Source of the DNA: Heterodontus francisci
Lineage: Eukaryota
Assembly (NCBI RefSeq): GCF_036365525.1
Contig: NC_090374.1
Coordinates: 15,107,168-15,171,167, forward strand
Length of the DNA stretch: 64,000 bases
Direction: 5' to 3'
Part shown: piece after piece, positions 60,331 through 64,000 of the stretch
Numbering within the stretch: the stretch's first letter is position 1
Layout: each line of letters starts with the position of its first letter
Notes under the pieces: generated by a model
What the model was told of the DNA's origin: nothing
Seen by the model: the letters and a program-made list of their open reading frames with translations, nothing else
Databases searched by the model: none
Made by a program: the position numbers and the translations under genes

Positions 60331-60894
60331 GGCAGGACCCTGGAATTCCCTTGCCGAAGGTCTCCACCTCGCTGTTTTTCCTTAGGACTCTCTGTTGCAG
60401 CCAATGGAAAACCCAGCAGCCAATTTGCATGCAGCAAGCTTTCACAAAGTGGGTCATGGCCAGATAATCTATTCTGGTGATGTGGGTTGAGGGATAAATA
60501 TATACCAGGATACCTGGGAGAACTCCCTGCTCTTTGAAATAGGGACTCTGGGATCCTTTATATCCACCTGAGATTAGCAGACAGGGCCTCAGTTTAACAT
60601 CTCATCCAATAGACGGCACCACCAACAGTGCTGCACTCCCTCAGTACTGCAGTGTAAGTGTCAGTCTGCACTACAGGCTCAATTCTCCTAGAATAGGACT
60701 GAAGTATCATTTTTATATCTTCCTCTTTCCAGTCTCACAGATAATGTCCGGTCACATGCTTCCTCATCTAGCCCAGTGTGTCATTCAGTCTGGCTTCCTG
60801 TCTGTCTTTAAATACACTGGCTCGATGCGCTAGTCATGAGGTAGATTACTTCAGCGTCTTATTTTAACCACATATCTATCCGCTTTGTTCTCAG

Positions 60895-61278
60895 GTCCGC
60901 CAGCCATTCTCAACGTCTCTATCCAAACCATTAATGACACGCAGTTCACCATTGTGTGCATTGCCCAAGGAGAACCCTCTCCAAATATCATGTGGATTGA
61001 TCCCCAGAACAACAGAATTCCCATGAATGGCAGCAACACGCCGGTAATGCGAGGTCCAGAGAAATATCAGATCATAGGGAGACTACATGACCCGAAGCTT
61101 GGAGGCAACTACAGCTGTGTGGCCACCAATGACCGGGGCAATGTCACCCACACCATCTACTTCACCAGCTTCAATGAACAGTGGCGTCTGCTCAAAATAA
61201 TAATTTGTGCTTCGGCTGGAGGTCTCTGTCTGATAATCCTGATTGTTATTGTCGTAATGATCTGGAGGCGAAAGAGAG
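60895..61278 (+). CDS. SIGLEC15: Siglec-15-like receptor, C2-set Ig plus transmembrane exon
   Basis: Acceptor TTCTCAG|GT and donor GAG|GTATGT, phase 1-1; PPAILNVS..CIAQGEPSPNIMW..GNYSCVATNDRG..IYF; TM IIICASAGGLCLIILIVIVVMIW then RRKR. Confidence 0.88.
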
Positions 61279-61472
61279 GTATGTTATTATAATTTAAGAA
61301 TGTAATGTAACATTACAAAGGATAGGAGGGCCTCACCTCAAGTTACACAAGAAGCTACAAATCAAAAGGTGAGGGAACTGAAAGGAGATAGGAAATGAGA
61401 GGGAGAGGCATTGGAGGAGGTAGAAAATTGAAGGGAGAAACCTGGGAGGAGACAGGAAATTGGAGGGAGAAG

Positions 61473-61870
61473 CCAAGTCAGGATAGTGTGTGACTTGGAG
61501 GGGAACTTTCAGGTGGTCATAATCTCAGCTGCCCTTCGCAGGTTTGGAAGGTGCTGTCGAAGGAGCCTTGGTGCGTTGCTGCAGTGTATCTTGTAGATGG
61601 TACACGCTGCTGCTGTGCGGCGGTGGTGGAGGGAGTGAATGGTGTGACAATCAAGCGGGCTGCTTTGTCCTGGATGGTGTCGAGCTTCTTGAGTGTTGTT
61701 GGAGCTGCACCCATCCAGGCAAGTGGAGAGTGTTCCATCACACTCCTGACTTGTGCCTTGTAGATGATGGATAGGCTTTGGGGAGTCAGGAGGTGAGTTA
61801 CTCGCTGCAGAATTCCCAGTTACAGATCTGCTCTTGTAGCCACAGTATTTATATGGCTGGTCCAGTTAGA
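61473..61870 (-). mobile_element. LINE X RT fragment
   Basis: MEHSPLAWMGAAPTTLKKLDTIQDKAARLI. Confidence 0.8.
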
Positions 61871-61971
61871 ACCATTTGCATGAGACAATGCACCAAACTA
61901 ACTATTAACACCACAGTGAGAGCCTGGTAACTGAAATGCTTCAAATATTTTTCCTTTCTTTCCCCATTCAG

Positions 61972-62002
61972 GAACAGCAACGTTTACCCCACAGGCAAAA
62001 AG
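61972..62002 (+). CDS. SIGLEC15: Siglec-15-like receptor, 31-nt cytoplasmic exon (GTATFTPQAK)
   Basis: Polypyrimidine tract plus CAG acceptor, donor AAG|GTACG; phase 1-2 keeps the frame with its neighbours. Confidence 0.7.
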
Positions 62003-63635
62003 GTACGATTCTACCTTTCAGTTTTTCTAGATTAAATGTGTTCTATCTTCTTAATGTTATATCATTACAACAATCTATGTCAAATTAACATTTAATCTGC
62101 ATGCCTTTTTTAGCTGTAGCCATATTAGACTCCCATGGGAATGGGCTTTAAATATCCCTCAGATTCCCATGGGAATGGAGCTCACAGCTGTTGAGAATTG
62201 ATGCACACAATGGAATACAATACCTGCAAGGGCGGTGGAAGCAGATTCAATAATAACTTTCAAAAGGGAATTGGATAAATATTTGAAAAGGAAAAAAAAT
62301 GCAGCTGTCTGGGGAAAGAGTAGGGGGATGGGACTAATCAGAAAACTCTTGCAAAGAGCCTGCTCAGGGTCGATGGGTTTCTGATTACATTCCAGTGAAC
62401 CCTATTGGATTTCAGGATTGGATAAGGTATGACAGCGATTCCCTCCCTGACCGAATAGCCCGATGGCGCTTTCTGCCTTTGCTCCCAGGTGAATAATGCC
62501 AGGTGGGTTTGTTATTGGTGGCTGGTAGTGCTTAAAGACCTGTACCGCAATTAGAGAGCAATCCTCTGGGTGAAAAGGGGAGAACATTTAGGAAAATACT
62601 TATACTGTTTCACTTTGAAATTTCTGGGTACTTCTGACTTTAGGGAGAGCAATTTTAACCTAACTCTCTGATTGAGAAGCGGATAGTATCAGCAGCAATG
62701 CTAGTCTCACACCATCCGTCCGAATTTATACTCTACTGAAGTTGTTATTGTGTAATATCAGGCAGGGTGTCAAACTGGTATTCCGCCCAATCCCAGGGGT
62801 TTCCCTCCAGGTGAAACTGGTTAAAATAACTCTCCAGTCGCCGAGTCTGTGGGCCCTCTCTATCACAAAGATGAACTGCTTCCATCTCTGATATCATCTA
62901 CCTTAGCCCATCTGCTGGTGAAACCTTATCTGTGCCTTTGTTGCCTCCAGACTCAACTAATCCAATGGTTTGCTGGCCAGCCTCCCATCCTGAAGTCAGC
63001 TCATCCATGACTCTGTGGTCCTTATCCTATCAGGAACCAAGCCCTCCTCGCCCGTCACTCCTGACCTCACTCACCTTGTTTGTCAGTCCTTTGATGCCTC
63101 AAAGTTTAAAATTTGCATCCTCGTGTTTTAATCCTTTTAATGTCTCTCATCTCCATCTCTGCAACTTCCTCGAGTCTTGCAAACATCTGAGAACTCTCCA
63201 TTCCTCTGTCTCTGACCTTGATCCTCCATAATCCTCACCTCCACCCATGCTTTCAGATGCCTAGACCCCCCTGCTTGAGAGATCCCTCCCTAAACCCCTC
63301 CTCTTTTTACTCCTTTTAAGATGCTTAAATACCCATTTGACCAAGGTTTCATCACCAATCCTAATATGTTTTTGGCTCAACATCCAATTGTTTTGACCCT
63401 GCCTTGTGAAGCATCTTGCGGTGTTTTTCTACATTAAAATATTATATAAATGTAAGTTTTGTGCCATCACCACTGACACAGTTGGATAGTTGTGTGTCTA
63501 TGGGTCACTGAGAGTGAGACCTGATATAACATGGGTTCAGTGGAACTTCTTGTGAATATTGTGTCTGTCCGTAATAACGTCTGTAGTTTGATTTCTTCTT
63601 TATAAATGCAAATCTTTCTTTTTCTTATCTCTTAG

Positions 63636-63697
63636 CTACCAGCCAGATTCATCCACGTATTGTAAAGTTAAACTGTATCAGCAGCAATCAACACCAG
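63636..63697 (+). CDS. SIGLEC15: Siglec-15-like receptor, cytoplasmic exon with ITIM-like motif (SYQPDSSTYCKVKLYQQQSTP)
   Basis: Long pyrimidine tract plus TAG acceptor, phase-2 entry, donor CAG|GTATC; if unspliced it reads on to TAA at 63754-63756. Confidence 0.7.
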
Positions 63698-64000
63698 GTA
63701 TCTGTGGATCCATTTATAGTGACTTCCAAAAATTAGATAACCATTCAATTATTTAACTTGAAGCTGGGATTATTCTCCTTAGAGCGGAGAAGTTTAAAGA
63801 GAGATTTGATGGAGGTATTTAAAATAATTTGAGGTTATGATAAAGTAAACGGGGAGAAACTTTCCAGTGACTGAAGGGTTTAGTAACCAGAGGTCACAGT
63901 TTGAAGCAAATTGGTAAAAGAACCCCAGAAGGGAGATGAGGAATTTGTGTTTTTTTTTTAAACTTAACGAGTTGATCTGATCTGGAATATACTGCCTGAA

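Overview
Repeat-dense vertebrate DNA. The mix of V-SINE (HE1-like), Deu-domain SINE, esterase-ORF1 CR1, Penelope and RTE repeats suggests a cartilaginous fish (shark); this is an inference. One host gene is visible on the + strand: a Siglec-15-like Ig receptor with a promoter and leader exon at ~37.0-37.2 kb, a V-set exon (54727-55128), a C2+TM exon (60895-61278) and two cytoplasmic exons (61972-62002, 63636-63697). It keeps the sialic-acid Arg but lacks the central TM Lys and has an ITIM-like STYCKV. Positions 7.3-29.7 kb are a deeply nested pile of three Gypsy LTR elements, CR1s, RTE, Penelope, SINEs and an unclassified 3.8-kb minisatellite-bearing insertion. The top finding is a 3.3-kb LINE (38520-42150, - strand) with these properties: its 5' end is a tRNA-like A-box/B-box head fused to an APE+RT ORF with no ORF1; its sense strand has no TTTT Pol III terminator by manual scan; and short SINEs in the same window are its head joined to its tail. 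It is a candidate Pol III-transcribed autonomous LINE with deletion-derived SINEs. All coordinates and counts were read by eye, and boundaries of old repeats are approximate.
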